DNA of 64,000 nucleotides from Dehalococcoidia bacterium. GTDB lineage: Bacteria; Chloroflexota; Dehalococcoidia; Lucifugimonadales; UBA3495. Location of the stretch: the NCBI GenBank assembly GCA_965207585.1, contig CBDBMT010000002.1, positions 244,255-308,254 on the forward strand, written 5' to 3'. Of the stretch, positions 27,501 to 37,158 are shown piece by piece. Position 1 is the first letter of the stretch. Each line of letters opens with the position of its first letter. Position numbers and translations under genes: made by a program. The notes below the pieces were generated by a model. That model was not told the DNA's origin. It saw nothing but the letters and a program-made list of their open reading frames with translations, and made no database searches.

Positions 27501-28123
27501 GGCGGCGTCTTGCTGATGCCGCCGAGGCTGATTCTCAGTGAATCCAACGAGGTGCCCCATGAGGCTGTCCCGGAAAATGCTCGATCCAAATAGCCGTCGC
27601 TGATGCTCCAGCCGGCCAGGTGTCCACTGTCCTCGCTGTCCGATCCCGTGTGGGACACAGAGTCGCTACCCCTATCAACGCTCATATCGATCACGAGGAA
27701 GTACGTGGTACTCGCCGCGAGGTCGATGCCCGCGCTGGTGAAGGTCAGCGTCTGGGTCGAGCTGGAGACGGGAAAGCTGGCGGGGTTGGTCAGGGTCCCG
27801 AGGGAGGTGCCCGGAGACCCGCTGGAGTCGGTGTGGATGCTGGCGGTGAGGTGCGAAGAGCTGAAGCCGCTGGAAATAACGCTAAAATTGACACCGACGC
27901 TGCGCAGGCTGTAGCCCGCGCTGTTGCTGCCGGTGGTGAAGGCCTGGGCGAGGTCATGGCTCAGAAATTCAGTACCACTGTCCGCCTGGCCGAGGTTGCT
28001 GACGAAGGTCTGCGCCGTCTGCGCGTCGGCCGGCTGTGCCGGCGTCAGCGCGAACAGCGCCGCCGCCACCAGCGCCAGAAGCAGCAGGGGCAGCGCCCAG
28101 AGGGCGCGCCGCCGGGTCAGCAT
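21581..28123 (-). CDS. giant secreted repeat protein (2180 aa): Calx-beta-like repeats, FN3 domains and novel N-terminal repeat modules
   Basis: Signal peptide MLTRRRALWALPLLLLALVAAALFAL. More than 10 repeats of TEGG(D/S)ATFTLTA.PAPS..L.V.VTV..SG(D/E)FG...TVT(I/V)P..GSAT...TTDD..DE.DGSVT. FN3-like segments are present (for example YEVRYW). Confidence 0.9.
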   Translation of the reverse strand: MLTRRRALWALPLLLLALVAAALFALTPAQPADAQTAQTFVSNLGQADSGTEFLSHDLAQAFTTGSNSAGYSLRSVGVNFSVISSGFSSSHLTASIHTDSSGSPGTSLGTLTNPASFPVSSSTQTLTFTSAGIDLAASTTYFLVIDMSVDRGSDSVSHTGSDSEDSGHLAGWSISDGYLDRAFSGTASWGTSLDSLRISLGGISKTPPPVVSITGGRAVTEGGSATFTLTATPAPSADLPVSVTVTTSGDFGFGTLPTSVTIPTSGSATLTITTTDDDVSEPDGSVTVTLVDGAAYDLSTLTTATVRVEDDEPTLLVSNFRQANTATGSFQSHDHAQAFTTGSNADGYTLTAVDFSFPSITAGDLASKLSAAVHSDSSGEPGAKVADLTVPGTIASGVNSFTQAGLQLEPDTTYWVVLAGIGNAPAGTNNIQNTASDAEDAGSAEGWSISDTALYRNRGGGSWTSLSQSRKIHIVGEVNALRRNQDGSYTVPFDWPLKPPGVASGGTFRLLFITDDWRDATSASIDDYDAHVRDAAREGHAAIRPYADQFLVVGSTAAVDARDHTRTNPNNAGHPDAPIWWLNGQRVAANNAGFWSNTWENWELSDRRFETGERDTDADWPWTGTMTAGTKHGTDHLGNSGNVGRGRFWAQSGDTGPIDWNRVSSAQQHAFYGISPVFRVATTLNAPSQEPAVLSNLDMPDGGAHDLTGSQRPDRAQSFTTGNNGGHYRLTSVDLSFVQVSASNIGNALRVKVMADRNGAPDWNTELATLATPSIQVSSTEQTYTFTYAGDGAGLELEPNTTYWVVIMDASSILSGTNTLRATASNSERIQGLPLAEGWSIGDGHRYWRNNPPATSWSTHSEALKIGLNLGAAEPFVQFRTCAGTVSGNSCDTGWVVANYTRHDPPPTITLTEGGPVVTYQWRAVDPKQRRHFYVTDQVTEPLSNFGGYMGPGGPDRDRLMCHTGSRDRFNLGDPIVYVPRQSGMNIGYGSTAGPLLDRHDGCPFAVQSIYEHDPNKWRPVSVAAGQDSDAFDHLTQLIHTAEQQDHGANTGPDNGYVAFPVVEVPVVIRDDDEWEQGLEFSIDDGATWTSIQDGGLSLAFPRSLNTGRKAHYFWVRLTNDPPADQNKRIHITANFANQAPLNTGTTEYFRSYRVWLTSPAADPLHTFRAYPETGAAGSATVSRTPIQIEINVGDNFAGNVTFDFEGFALYERSDNQISTETPPKVVRTKNFSFYRTLGACVGCQRLLGDLPDPVVERVGDVSYANLSDTGIDLSWPRVVGAEGYEVRYWSTTSPFPGVPAEEAWFGAEPNDPAWNIRHLEPDTEYRAVVYYADHGATQLSTASPVIRFTTLSAGSPVQAEPTSVIVERVPEVSISAASGTITEGEDAVFTVSVEPAPDAPLDVRVRVAGPSAGSVVDGTHLGARTVNVPTGGSASFTIPTVDDVSWASNGMLGASVTFGEGYRLNKFRSHASVYIANNDLPPPPRLQLKEVSDTTMTVAWKPQGDGTQYTVGWHESFAGIPVVQWATTTETEHQITGLDPKSHYAVFVLAGSTNLGQLIVRTLAAGATAQTFPVDFETPTPNTSLPVVSVTSDGDVTEGGDASFTVTANPAPDADLDVSVTVSQSGDYGAATGQQTVTIPTAGYATLTVATTNDELDEEDGSVTVTIDTGEGYLVSTTQGATAVAVSDPTGGSATLSVGTTDDNVQSQGGTITATVQPGSGYGVGNPSSDSVDVADNDGPVITITGGAAVTEGGDATFTLTANPAPSNNWLSVSVTIGASGEFGVSTGARTVSVPLVSSHDFTVATTDDNVDEPDGAVTATVKAGYGYRVGDPAEASVAVNDDEATPVNNPVITITGGPDTNEGEDATFTLTATPPLADGQSLVVTLKSEVPGLINVDRKETVTGGSATFTQPSDDNNYDEADYSMSFSIKASNGYRVGSPSKASVTIIDDDLPKVKIRASKTSVEEDSSVIFTVSINPHGYKDETVSVQVTAAGDFGVPTGTRQLTVPVSPAHASFRISPAPDHDDEPDGSITARIVPSSGYEIVGPPSVTVVVKDDDEPSGPRLTISDAPDKARAGEKLVFPVVLSQAAAGTVTVDYELGTFSPHLWPGEDFQDDDGGTSGTITFAAGEVSKELDVHISPDAYFEHNDRIYVELSNLVGDATLPLQGSWAEGRLNAR

Positions 28124-28139
28124 GACGCCCCCAGAGGTC

Positions 28140-28152
28140 GGGGGGGGGGGGG
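28140..28152. repeat. G13 homopolymer (C13 on the coding strand), 16 nt upstream of the giant gene ATG
   Basis: Direct count in the sequence: 28140-28152 are all G. Confidence 0.9.
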
Positions 28153-28670
28153 CTTAGAGGGGTAGGTATGGCTGCAATGGGACGCAGCAACGCTTTCGAC
28201 CACCGACCGACGCTCATGGTGTTTCCTTTCCTTTGTTGATTTTGTTCCAATCCGGTTCAATTTCGACTGGATAGCGTTCTGTTCTTCGTGCGCTTTACCT
28301 CCGCCGGCGGTGCGCCGTCGGTTGGGTTGCTTCGATCTTTGCGGCCGCTTCGGCTGCCTCTTGGCGGTTGGCGTGCTGGAAACCGGGGGCTTTCAGCTGG
28401 GCGGCGAGCGCCGGCGGGCCGAGTATTCTCCTTGTTTTCGTGGGTAAGGTTACCACAGCGCTGGTGCGCATGTCCCTGACATCGTAGGCAGGTCTGCATC
28501 CGTCTGCAGCCCGATGACTGTGGGCATGCTGGCCGTGGTCCGTTCACGGGACTTGGGCGTTGCCAAGTGGCTGTGCCCGGTTGTCGGGTGCGCTGTAGGG
28601 TCCGTGCGCTGAGTTGGGCCGGCGTACCCTGGCGCTTCGGCGTCGTCGTGTGGTGGATGGCGGCTTGGGG

Positions 28671-28703
28671 CCGTGGCGGAACGCGATGAGCGTTCCGCCA
28701 CGG
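28671..28703 (-). terminator. perfect 14-bp hairpin immediately after the stop of 28709..31876
   Basis: CCGTGGCGGAACGC-gatga-GCGTTCCGCCACGG. There is no U-tract. Confidence 0.45.
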
Positions 28704-28708
28704 TTTGG

Positions 28709-31700
28709 CTAGTCGTCGTCGTTCACCGTTGTCGCAGCCGAGGATGAGCTTGGGATGATGGTGTACTCCGTGCTGGTGAGGAGCGCGACCGTTACGGAGC
28801 CGTCCGCCTCGTCGGCGTCGTCGTCGACCGTGGGTATGGAGATGGCGGCGTGGGGGCCGTTCAGGGTCAGCGTCTTGTCGCCCCGGTCGTCGTCGGCGAC
28901 GAAACTGCCGGACTGGCTGACGCGGTACTTGACCGTCAATTCACCGACGGGCGGCGGTTCGGCAAAGATATGGAACTTGGCCGAGTCGCCTTCGTCGATG
29001 CTGCCCTGAGCGCGGACTATTCTCATTTCCGGCAGGGTCGCGTCGTCGTCCTCCACCGTGGTGGTGGCGTGGTAGTCCGTGGGGTCGAGCCGGTATCCCT
29101 GCCCGCTGGCCAGGGTTATGGAGACGCTGCCGTCGGCCTCGTCCACGTCGTCGCCGAGGGTTGGGATGCTGACGGTGGTCGTGGCAGAGGTGACGGTCAC
29201 GGATTGCAGGCCCAGTTCGCTGCCGTCCACGTAGCCGCCTTCCTGGCTGACCCGGTAGCTGACGGTCAGGCTCCCCTTCGGGGCCGGACTGGACGTGATG
29301 GTGAAGGCGGCGGCGCTGCCCTCGGTCACCTGCGTCGGGCCGGTCACGCTGATGGTGGGATTGCCCCGCTGGTCGTTGTCGTCAACGTAGTACACGGCGT
29401 ATCCGTCGGGGTAGATTTGGTACGTGTAGCCGCGCCCGTGAGTAATGTAGACCTCGACTCTTCCGCTCCGTTCCTCCACGTCGTCATCGAGCGTCGGGAC
29501 GCTGACGGTGGCGCTGGGCGCGGAGTTGGTGAGGACCACGGTATGGAATCCCAGTTGGCTGCCGTCCACGAAGCCGCCCTCTTCATAGACCCGGTAGTTG
29601 ATCGTCATGTTTCCGGCAGGCGCTGGGTTGGCGGTGATGGTGAACGGGGCCGGGTTGCCCTCGGTGACCGCGGGGCGACTGGAGTCGGGAATCGTCGCGA
29701 CGGTGATCGTCGGATTGGGATCGTCGTCAATCACCTTGGTGGTGACGAGCCGGTTCAAGACGCGATGTTTGCCGTCACCGATGAGTTCGACGCTGAACGA
29801 CGCCGGTCCGTCGTAGATGTCGTCGCCGGTGGTGGGGATGGTGATGGTGGCCGTGGTTCCGGTGAGCGTCACGGCCTTGAGACCCAATTGACTGGAGTCC
29901 ACGCGGTGGGCGTAATCGTAGTTCTGACTGGCCCGGTACTGCAACGACGCGCTCCCGCCCTGAGGGGTCCTGCTGGCGGTGACGGTGTACACCATCGGGT
30001 CGCCCTCGGTTACGGACGCGGGCCCGGACAGGCTGATGGTGGGCGTTCCAGTATCGGTTTCCTTCACGTTCACGGTCACCGAGTTGGGCGTGCCCACTTG
30101 GTAGTCCTGACCGTTGAGGCCAGTGCCGGAGATGATGGTGACTGTCAAGGGCCCGTCGGGATTGACCACGTTGTCATCCCGGGGGCTGATGGATTTGGTG
30201 ACGATGGTTCCGCGCTTCGGGAAATTCACCGTCCGTTCGGTGACGTGGCCGCGGTCGTTTACCTGATACCGGACCTGTAGTGGGTAGTAGAGTGTCATGC
30301 GGGGTTCGCTGGCGAGGAAGGTCAGGCTGAACGAGTTGCCCTCGTTGACGCTATGCGGCGCCCCCGACAGGGTGACGGTCGGATACCCCTCGTCGTCACG
30401 CACGGGGACCGACGCCGACGCCGGCGCGCCGACGCGGTAGCCGCTGCCGTCGTTGAGGGTGGTTGCGACGTTGTCGTTGGGTTCGGCGGTCTGGTCGTCC
30501 ACCGTGGGTACGGTGACGGCGGCGCTGGAGCCGGTGAGTGTGACGCTCCTGGGGCCGGCGTGTCCGGTCTCGACCACGTCGCCGTTCTGGGACACGGTGT
30601 AGCGGACGGTCAGGCTGCCCGCTGGGGCGGGACTCGCCGAGATGACGTAGTTGGCGGTTCCGCCTTCGTCAATTCCCGCGCCGCCGGAGACGGTGATGGC
30701 CGGAAGCAGCGGGTCATTGTTTGTGATGGTGGCCCGCGCCGTGTTCTGCTTCGACAGGGTGTAGCCGTTGCCGGGGAGCAGCGTGACCAGCACGGAGCCG
30801 GCGCCTTCGTGCTCGCCGTCGTCCACCGTGGGCGCGCTGATGTCGGCGCTGGCGCCGGTGAGGACCAGGAACCTGCTGCCGGTGTGGCTGGCGGAGACGT
30901 AATCTCCGTTCTGCGTCACCCGGTAGTTGACCTCCAGGTTCCGACTGGGCGCGGGGTCGGCGGATACGGTGAATTGGGCGGTGTTGCCCTCCGTGTACCG
31001 TTGGGCTGCGGCGGAGACGCTCAGCTGCGGCGTGACGCTGGTGTTGCGCATGATGGTGTACGCGACGTTGGGATTGCCCAGCCGGTAGTCGTCGCTGGGC
31101 AGCAGCATCACGATCACCGCGCCGTCGGGTTCGGGAGCGCCGTCTTCGCTGATGGTGGTTACCGTGACGGCGCCGCCGGATCCGGCGATTGTCGCCTGCT
31201 TTTCTCCCAGGTTGCCGCTGTAGACGTAATCGCCGTTCTGCATCACCCGGTAGTTGACGGTTACGTCCACGCCCACTTTTGGCTTGGTCGAAAGGGTGAA
31301 GCGCGCGGTATCGCCTTCGTTGATCTCTTGGGTCTCTCCCGAGATGGACAGGGTTGGAATGGCCTCGTTCTCCAGGCGCGTGATGGTAGCTGAGCTGGAC
31401 GCGCTCAGCGTGTAGGCGGAGCTGGCGCCCAGGGTTACGGTCACGCTGCCGTCGCGCTCGAACCGGTTGTCGTCCACGGTGGGCACGGCGATGGTGGCGC
31501 TGGAGCCGGTGAGGGTCAGGGTCTTGTTACCCAGATTCTTGTCGATCCAGAGTTGCTTGGCATAGTGCTCGAATTCGCCGGTCTGCGACACGGTGTAGTG
31601 GACCGTCAGGCTGCCGGTGGGCGCGGGGTTGGCCGAGATGGTGAACTGTGCCCAGCCGCCCTCGACGACAGTGTCGAATTCGGCGGCGACGCTCAGCTCG

Positions 31701-31876
31701 GGGTTTTGCGTGATCTGCGGCGGCGGCGCCGCCTCGTCGGTGGGCGCGTTTGATCGTCCCTCCGTCGGGATCGCCGGCAGGGCCAGGGCCGTGACGGCGG
31801 CCAAGGCGAAGATGACGATGCCCGCCGTCAGGATTTTTCTGTTGAGCCGGGATAGTATGTGAGTGTTCGATGACAT
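28709..31876 (-). CDS. secreted or anchored Calx-beta repeat protein (about 1055 aa)
   Basis: AAGGAGG upstream of the ATG at 31876. N-terminal TM/signal segment LTAGIVIFALAAVTALALPAIP. About 11 tandem Calx-beta-like modules, each ending ...TVDD..E.DGSVTV.L. Confidence 0.88.
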   Translation of the reverse strand: MSSNTHILSRLNRKILTAGIVIFALAAVTALALPAIPTEGRSNAPTDEAAPPPQITQNPELSVAAEFDTVVEGGWAQFTISANPAPTGSLTVHYTVSQTGEFEHYAKQLWIDKNLGNKTLTLTGSSATIAVPTVDDNRFERDGSVTVTLGASSAYTLSASSSATITRLENEAIPTLSISGETQEINEGDTARFTLSTKPKVGVDVTVNYRVMQNGDYVYSGNLGEKQATIAGSGGAVTVTTISEDGAPEPDGAVIVMLLPSDDYRLGNPNVAYTIMRNTSVTPQLSVSAAAQRYTEGNTAQFTVSADPAPSRNLEVNYRVTQNGDYVSASHTGSRFLVLTGASADISAPTVDDGEHEGAGSVLVTLLPGNGYTLSKQNTARATITNNDPLLPAITVSGGAGIDEGGTANYVISASPAPAGSLTVRYTVSQNGDVVETGHAGPRSVTLTGSSAAVTVPTVDDQTAEPNDNVATTLNDGSGYRVGAPASASVPVRDDEGYPTVTLSGAPHSVNEGNSFSLTFLASEPRMTLYYPLQVRYQVNDRGHVTERTVNFPKRGTIVTKSISPRDDNVVNPDGPLTVTIISGTGLNGQDYQVGTPNSVTVNVKETDTGTPTISLSGPASVTEGDPMVYTVTASRTPQGGSASLQYRASQNYDYAHRVDSSQLGLKAVTLTGTTATITIPTTGDDIYDGPASFSVELIGDGKHRVLNRLVTTKVIDDDPNPTITVATIPDSSRPAVTEGNPAPFTITANPAPAGNMTINYRVYEEGGFVDGSQLGFHTVVLTNSAPSATVSVPTLDDDVEERSGRVEVYITHGRGYTYQIYPDGYAVYYVDDNDQRGNPTISVTGPTQVTEGSAAAFTITSSPAPKGSLTVSYRVSQEGGYVDGSELGLQSVTVTSATTTVSIPTLGDDVDEADGSVSITLASGQGYRLDPTDYHATTTVEDDDATLPEMRIVRAQGSIDEGDSAKFHIFAEPPPVGELTVKYRVSQSGSFVADDDRGDKTLTLNGPHAAISIPTVDDDADEADGSVTVALLTSTEYTIIPSSSSAATTVNDDD

Positions 31877-32294
31877 ATTTTTGGCGACCTCCTTTGTGTG
31901 ATTTCGCGCTGTTCGGTTCTGCAAGGCCGGCTTTCCGATACACCCTTGGGTCGTGCCATTGGCGGGTCGGAATCCTGTGTTTTGATTTCCGATACGGTGG
32001 ATGGTAGCTATTGTATTCGTCCCTGTTTATTTCACGCAACGTAAGCTGATGATTTCACAGCGCTAGAGATCATCAGCTCAGCGTAGTTGGCCGACGGGTT
32101 CAATGCGAGTTTGGTGGTGTTCCGGGATCGTCATCAATCGGGCTGCCGAACTCCTGGCGGATTTTGCCCCTTGTCGTGCGGCAGCCAGATGGCAGTGGGC
32201 GGCGTCCCGAGCGCCGCCCACTGGATTTGGGCAGTAAGCGTTGAGTTCCGGCGGCGCTGTCTGTGGTCGTGCCTTCAAGCTTCTGCCGTCTTTG

Positions 32295-34796
32295 CTAATT
32301 CTCCTGGCTGAGCAGGTATATGGATGCCGCCTTGAAGGGGCTGTCTGGCCACCGCTGTGCGTTGAGGTGAATTTCCAATTTCGACATCGCCGGTTCGCCG
32401 CTGTCGTAGCCGATGGCGGCCAGCACCCGGTTCCACTTCCTGATGTGCGCGGGGTTGCCCTTCATGGCCGCGTTCTCGGGGTTGTCCCGCACCTCGATGA
32501 GGTAATTGACCACCGTCTGGTAGTCGGTGTAGTCCGGCCCGGTGTCGTTGTCCGACACGTCCGCCACGGCCACCCACTGCGTGGCTGAAACCGTGTATCC
32601 GCTGCCCGAGTGCACCGTGGCTGTTACCAAACCGTCGGTCTCGTTCGCGTCGTCGTCGGTGGTGCTCACGGTGAAGGCGACGCTGCCCGTGGTGGGAACC
32701 GTCACCGTGCGCTGGCCGACGGGGACGCCAAAGTCCCCGCTCTGCGCTATCGCGACGGTTACTTCTAGGTTTGCCGCCGGCGTCGGGCTGGCGTTGACGG
32801 TAAAGCTGACGTTATCGCCCTCGGTGATGGCTTGACTTCCCGTGATGCTGATCTCAGGCACGTCGTTGTCGGCTATGTTGACGGTGGCTTGTCCATGGGT
32901 GGTTGATACCTTGTAGGAGCTGGTCGCTTGCACCGTGGCGGTCACCGAGCCGTCGGCCTCGTCGGCGCTGTCGTCGGTGGTGGCGATGGTGAGGCTGATG
33001 CTGCCGCTGGTGGGAACGGTCACCGTGTGCCCGCCCCATCCGACGCCGTAGCTGCCGCTGGAGGTCAACCTGACTGTCACGTCCAGGTCTGCCGAAGGCG
33101 GTGGGGTTGCCGTGATGGTGAAGGTGGCGCCCTGGCCCTCGGTGACGTCGCTGCCGGCGGTTATGCTCACCACCGGCTTGACTGCTGGTGGTTCGGGGGC
33201 TTCCGGCCTGACAATGTCCACTTCGATGACCTTGTTGCCGAAACTGCCGTTGCCGCGCAGGCTCGTCATGATGGTGGTGCGGTCCTTCGCGCCGATCTCG
33301 ATGCGGATCCTCCGGTCCTGGTCGTCGTCAGGGTCCTGGTCGCGCCCGATGAGCGTGAAGGTGGCGAACTGTCCGCCTTTCCTGAATATCATCCCGGAGT
33401 GTTTGCCCGAGGTGGTGCGCTTGACGCCAGGGCCGTTTTCTCCCTGGCGAAATTCCACGTTCCAGTGCCGGTGGGGTTCCCCTCCCGAGATCGAGATTGG
33501 CAGTTCGATCTCTTCGGTTCCCTGCAGTGGGCGGCTGAGCGAGATGACGAACTTTACCTCTCCGTCGCGCTGCCACACGGATGACCATTCGGACTCGATG
33601 CTGATCGTGACCGGTGTTCCGGCGGGCAGGTCCGGGCAGGTCCGGCAGGGCCGGTGGTTTTGCGAGTGGGTGAGCAGCTCGACGGCCGGGGCGCTCCGCT
33701 CCGCGCCGTGCTCCGTGGACTGGTAGACTGCCGTGGCCTCGACGCGGTACCTCTGTCCTTCCCGGATTCCGGTCATTGGGACGAACATCAGGCTGGGCGC
33801 AGCGTTGAACGTCTGTCGGTAGGTTTCGTTCCCGTCCAGCGAACGAACGCTGATCACGTTCTGCGTGTGGGTCCGGTTGTCCTTCAGGTTGTCTCCCTGC
33901 AGGCAGATAGCCAGGAGGCCGGCCTGGTTCAGGCTGCCCTGGATGCCGGGTACGTTGACGTCAAAACGGGAGACGCACTGTGGCGCCGGGGTGTCGTCCG
34001 GGTCTTTTGCCGTGCGCACCGGCTCGGTCCACAGTCTTCTGGTCGTTCCGCCTGAAGTGACCTCGAGTTCGAAGCGATACCAGTGGTCCGGATTCAATCC
34101 GGAGAAGGTGTATTCCCTTTTTGCGGGGTCGGCGACCGTCGTTGTCGAATGGGTGTGTTCGTATATGTCGATGCTTGTGCCCTCGATGTCGGAGCGGTTG
34201 CGGCTCTCAAGGGCCACTATGTTGAACCTCTGGTCGGAGCGTGGTCCGATGTGCCATGACAGACGGATCTGTTCTTGGGGGTTTCCCCGCGTTACGGAGG
34301 CTTTTGCTCCAATGAGTTTCGGCAGCAGCGTGGTGTTGAATTTGAGATATGGTCCCTTGCCCTCCAGGTCGTTGCCGTTCCGTCCCTCGACCGTGACCAG
34401 GTACCAGGCTCCGGGTTCGAGTCCCGTGATGGCGTACTGGTGATGGTTTATCCGGTCAACGGGGATTTCCCGGATCCGTTTTCCGCTCCAGGCGTTGGGG
34501 TGGGAGAACGGGTTTCCGGGGATTCCGGCTTCCGTCACGGCGTATACCCGGACCATGGTCCGTAGCCATCTCTTGTTGCTGGTCCAGGATATGCAGACGC
34601 CTCTGGTGGGGTCGGTCTGACATGGCACCTGCTTCAGGTTGGCCTTGGACGGGGCATGGTTTGTGCCGCTCTGTTGCGCTGGGGCCGCAGACGCGGATTC
34701 CGGTCCGAGCGTGATCGCCATGGCGGCGATGGCGATGGCTGCCAGCGCGAGGAGCAGGAGGCGGTAGTGCGTTCTTGATCGGGTTGTCGTATTCAT
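32295..34796 (-). CDS. secreted FN3 + Calx-beta repeat protein (833 aa)
   Basis: Signal peptide ...LLLLALAAIAIAAMAITLGPESASA. FN3-like N-terminal half, three Calx-beta-like modules and a unique C-terminal tail. Confidence 0.85.
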   Translation of the reverse strand: MNTTTRSRTHYRLLLLALAAIAIAAMAITLGPESASAAPAQQSGTNHAPSKANLKQVPCQTDPTRGVCISWTSNKRWLRTMVRVYAVTEAGIPGNPFSHPNAWSGKRIREIPVDRINHHQYAITGLEPGAWYLVTVEGRNGNDLEGKGPYLKFNTTLLPKLIGAKASVTRGNPQEQIRLSWHIGPRSDQRFNIVALESRNRSDIEGTSIDIYEHTHSTTTVADPAKREYTFSGLNPDHWYRFELEVTSGGTTRRLWTEPVRTAKDPDDTPAPQCVSRFDVNVPGIQGSLNQAGLLAICLQGDNLKDNRTHTQNVISVRSLDGNETYRQTFNAAPSLMFVPMTGIREGQRYRVEATAVYQSTEHGAERSAPAVELLTHSQNHRPCRTCPDLPAGTPVTISIESEWSSVWQRDGEVKFVISLSRPLQGTEEIELPISISGGEPHRHWNVEFRQGENGPGVKRTTSGKHSGMIFRKGGQFATFTLIGRDQDPDDDQDRRIRIEIGAKDRTTIMTSLRGNGSFGNKVIEVDIVRPEAPEPPAVKPVVSITAGSDVTEGQGATFTITATPPPSADLDVTVRLTSSGSYGVGWGGHTVTVPTSGSISLTIATTDDSADEADGSVTATVQATSSYKVSTTHGQATVNIADNDVPEISITGSQAITEGDNVSFTVNASPTPAANLEVTVAIAQSGDFGVPVGQRTVTVPTTGSVAFTVSTTDDDANETDGLVTATVHSGSGYTVSATQWVAVADVSDNDTGPDYTDYQTVVNYLIEVRDNPENAAMKGNPAHIRKWNRVLAAIGYDSGEPAMSKLEIHLNAQRWPDSPFKAASIYLLSQEN

Positions 34797-34897
34797 GCGT
34801 TTCCCTCGCTGGCTGCTGTAGCCGTTGTCGGGTTTTCGTCATCGTTGGTTTGGCGCGCTGCTCCCGATTATGGTGGGAGCAGCGCGCCTTACCGAGA

Positions 34898-37158
34898 TTA
34901 CTTGGAGCTGAGCGTGATGTAGCCCAGGCAGGTCTTCCTGGGTGGCGCGGCCACGGCGGTTTGCGCGTTCTTGACGCTCTTGTCGTCGGAGACGCCCCAC
35001 TGGAAGTGCATGTCCTGCAGCTTGCCCTGCACGACTCGCTCGAAGTCGATGCACACCGGCACGAACACGGCGGTTCCGTCCTGGCTTGCTTCCGGCTTAC
35101 CCAGCGACATCTGGACCGCGTCAGCAAGGTTGCCGAGGTCAATGATGGTTCCCTGGGCGGTGGCCTTCTGCACCGGGGTCTCGCTGGAAATCCGCAGTCC
35201 CACGGTCTCCGCGGCCTCGGTGAAGAGGTCCCGGAAGGTTTCCACTTCGATCACGGCATTGCTTTCGTTGGCGGCGATGGTCAGGGAGCCGGTGCTTGCC
35301 ACGTAGTCAATGCCTTCGGTTGCGGTGCCGACCACGGTTTCGTAGTTCAGGGTGACCGCTTGGCTGGTGTCGCCGTTTCGCTGCACGGTGAATTTCAGGG
35401 GCAGACCCTCCACTTGGGGATCGGCTCCCTGCAAGGACAACGAACTTTCGTGATCATCTTCCCGGATGGTTATACTGGTGTATTCCAGTATTGGGACGTT
35501 TGCTCCGAAGGGGCGGTCGTTGTTTCCCTTGGGCAATAATTCGTAGTCATAACTTGGGTTGTCTGCTGAAAGTTTTTCAGGGTCCATCACAAAGACGTCG
35601 CCGTCTATCTTGTTCAAGCCGAAGATGAGGATTCGATCCAGCATGGTCCAACCGTGGTTGACCCGGGTGTTGCCCAGCATGGGCCAACTGAAGGTCGCCT
35701 GGGTTGCCCCAGCCGGCAATGAGATGGGTATCGGGGTGTAATTCTTCGTCTTGTGGCTGTCACCATCACCGTCCCTGTTCACTTTGTTAGCGCAAATCTT
35801 GCACCGTACTATGGCGTGAACCGTCGCCGGGGCTGGCAGGGGTGAGTCAAAGGTGACGGTGCCTGTCATCGTCCACTTGTCGTCCCTTTCCAAGACTTCG
35901 TACCCGAACCCCCCGTGGCTGGGGAATATGTTTGGGTGGGGTAGGAAGTCAATTCTTGGAACCACCCCGGGGACGGTATCTTGGTCCTTGATGGTTACTT
36001 TTACGCTCTTCTTGCCTCGCCAATACACCTGACCAGCGCGCTTGTCAGTATTCTCAACGTGGGTAACGGTGAGCCACATGACTTCGTCGCTTTCCACCTT
36101 GCCATCTTGTGGCGCATAGAGTTTTATCTTCATCCCGTGCTCTTGACCCCTTTCAAAGGGTAAGCGGACAACATGGGTGGGGCGGTCGGGCGGATGATAG
36201 GTGGAACCCGTGGACATAAGTCGCAGATCCCGGATCGTGGATGTTGGAATATTCCCATCCTCAGTATGAGAGAGTCCGATCTCTAGCCAGCCATGCCGTG
36301 CCAAAGCCTGAGGAATATTAAACGGAACATCCACGTGCGTGTGATCGCCATCTAATGCGCCCTCAGTTACCACAACTTCGCTCACTCCCCATTCGATATG
36401 CTCGCCGCCAGGTTCCGGTTTGGGGGTGTTTTCTGTTGTGGGCACAATTGGTGTGGGTGTGGGTACAACCGGTGTCGGAGTGGGCTGGCTCGGCGTGGGA
36501 TCGTATTGCTGCGGGGCTTGGGTCACGCTCTTGGGACCGGTGTGATGCTGGTCGTAGATCAGGCCGGTCACCCTGCTGCTGGACACTTTGCCAGGCCCCC
36601 GGCGCACGTTGACTTTCAACTGCACGCTCTGAATGAGCTGTGGTTGCGAGATTCCCCGATGCGTGGTTGGTACCTTGACAACGCGGTACAGGCTCTCATC
36701 GCGGGCGGGGAACGTTACCTTGCCGGAGCGATGATGGTAATTCCGATTTTTCTTAGCTTCCCACTTCCGGTCTCTGTTGTACTGCTCAACAGTCTCGTAG
36801 CCGACGACGACTGCTTCGTCGACCTGGTGAGAGAGCTCAATGCGGAACTCCAGGTTATGTCCGTCGGTGGTGTAGGTGCCGTAGGGGGTGATGACGCCGT
36901 CCTGCAGGGCCTGTTCCAGGGGCGCGTCGGCCGGCGAAGCGTCTTGGATGTGCGCCAGGGTAACGTGGCTTCCAGGTGACTTGAATCTGGCTCCGCATCC
37001 TCCGTGGAGGTTGGAAAGTTCAACTTCGAACTTCTCGGTGTCTTCGCGCACGTGGTCGTGGAGGGTTTTTACCTTGATGACTTCGATGGTGTTGGTCTCG
37101 AAAGGTGTCTCACTTGGTTTGAGCGTGACGGTTCCGCTGCTGGGAACGTAGTCCTTGT
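34898..37158 (-). pseudogene. C-terminal part (about 753 codons) of a Calx-beta repeat protein gene split by the IS at 37159..38618
   Basis: The ORF-track start at 37240 lies inside the IS. The native frame resumes at ...DKDYVPSSGTVTLKPSE and is in frame with the upstream part at 38619..39611. Confidence 0.7.

Noticed and set aside
28850-31393. 476-aa and 346-aa plus-strand ORFs (28850..30280 and 30353..31393)
   Set aside because: Both run antisense to the Calx-beta repeat gene and have Gly/Arg/Val/Asp low-complexity composition.
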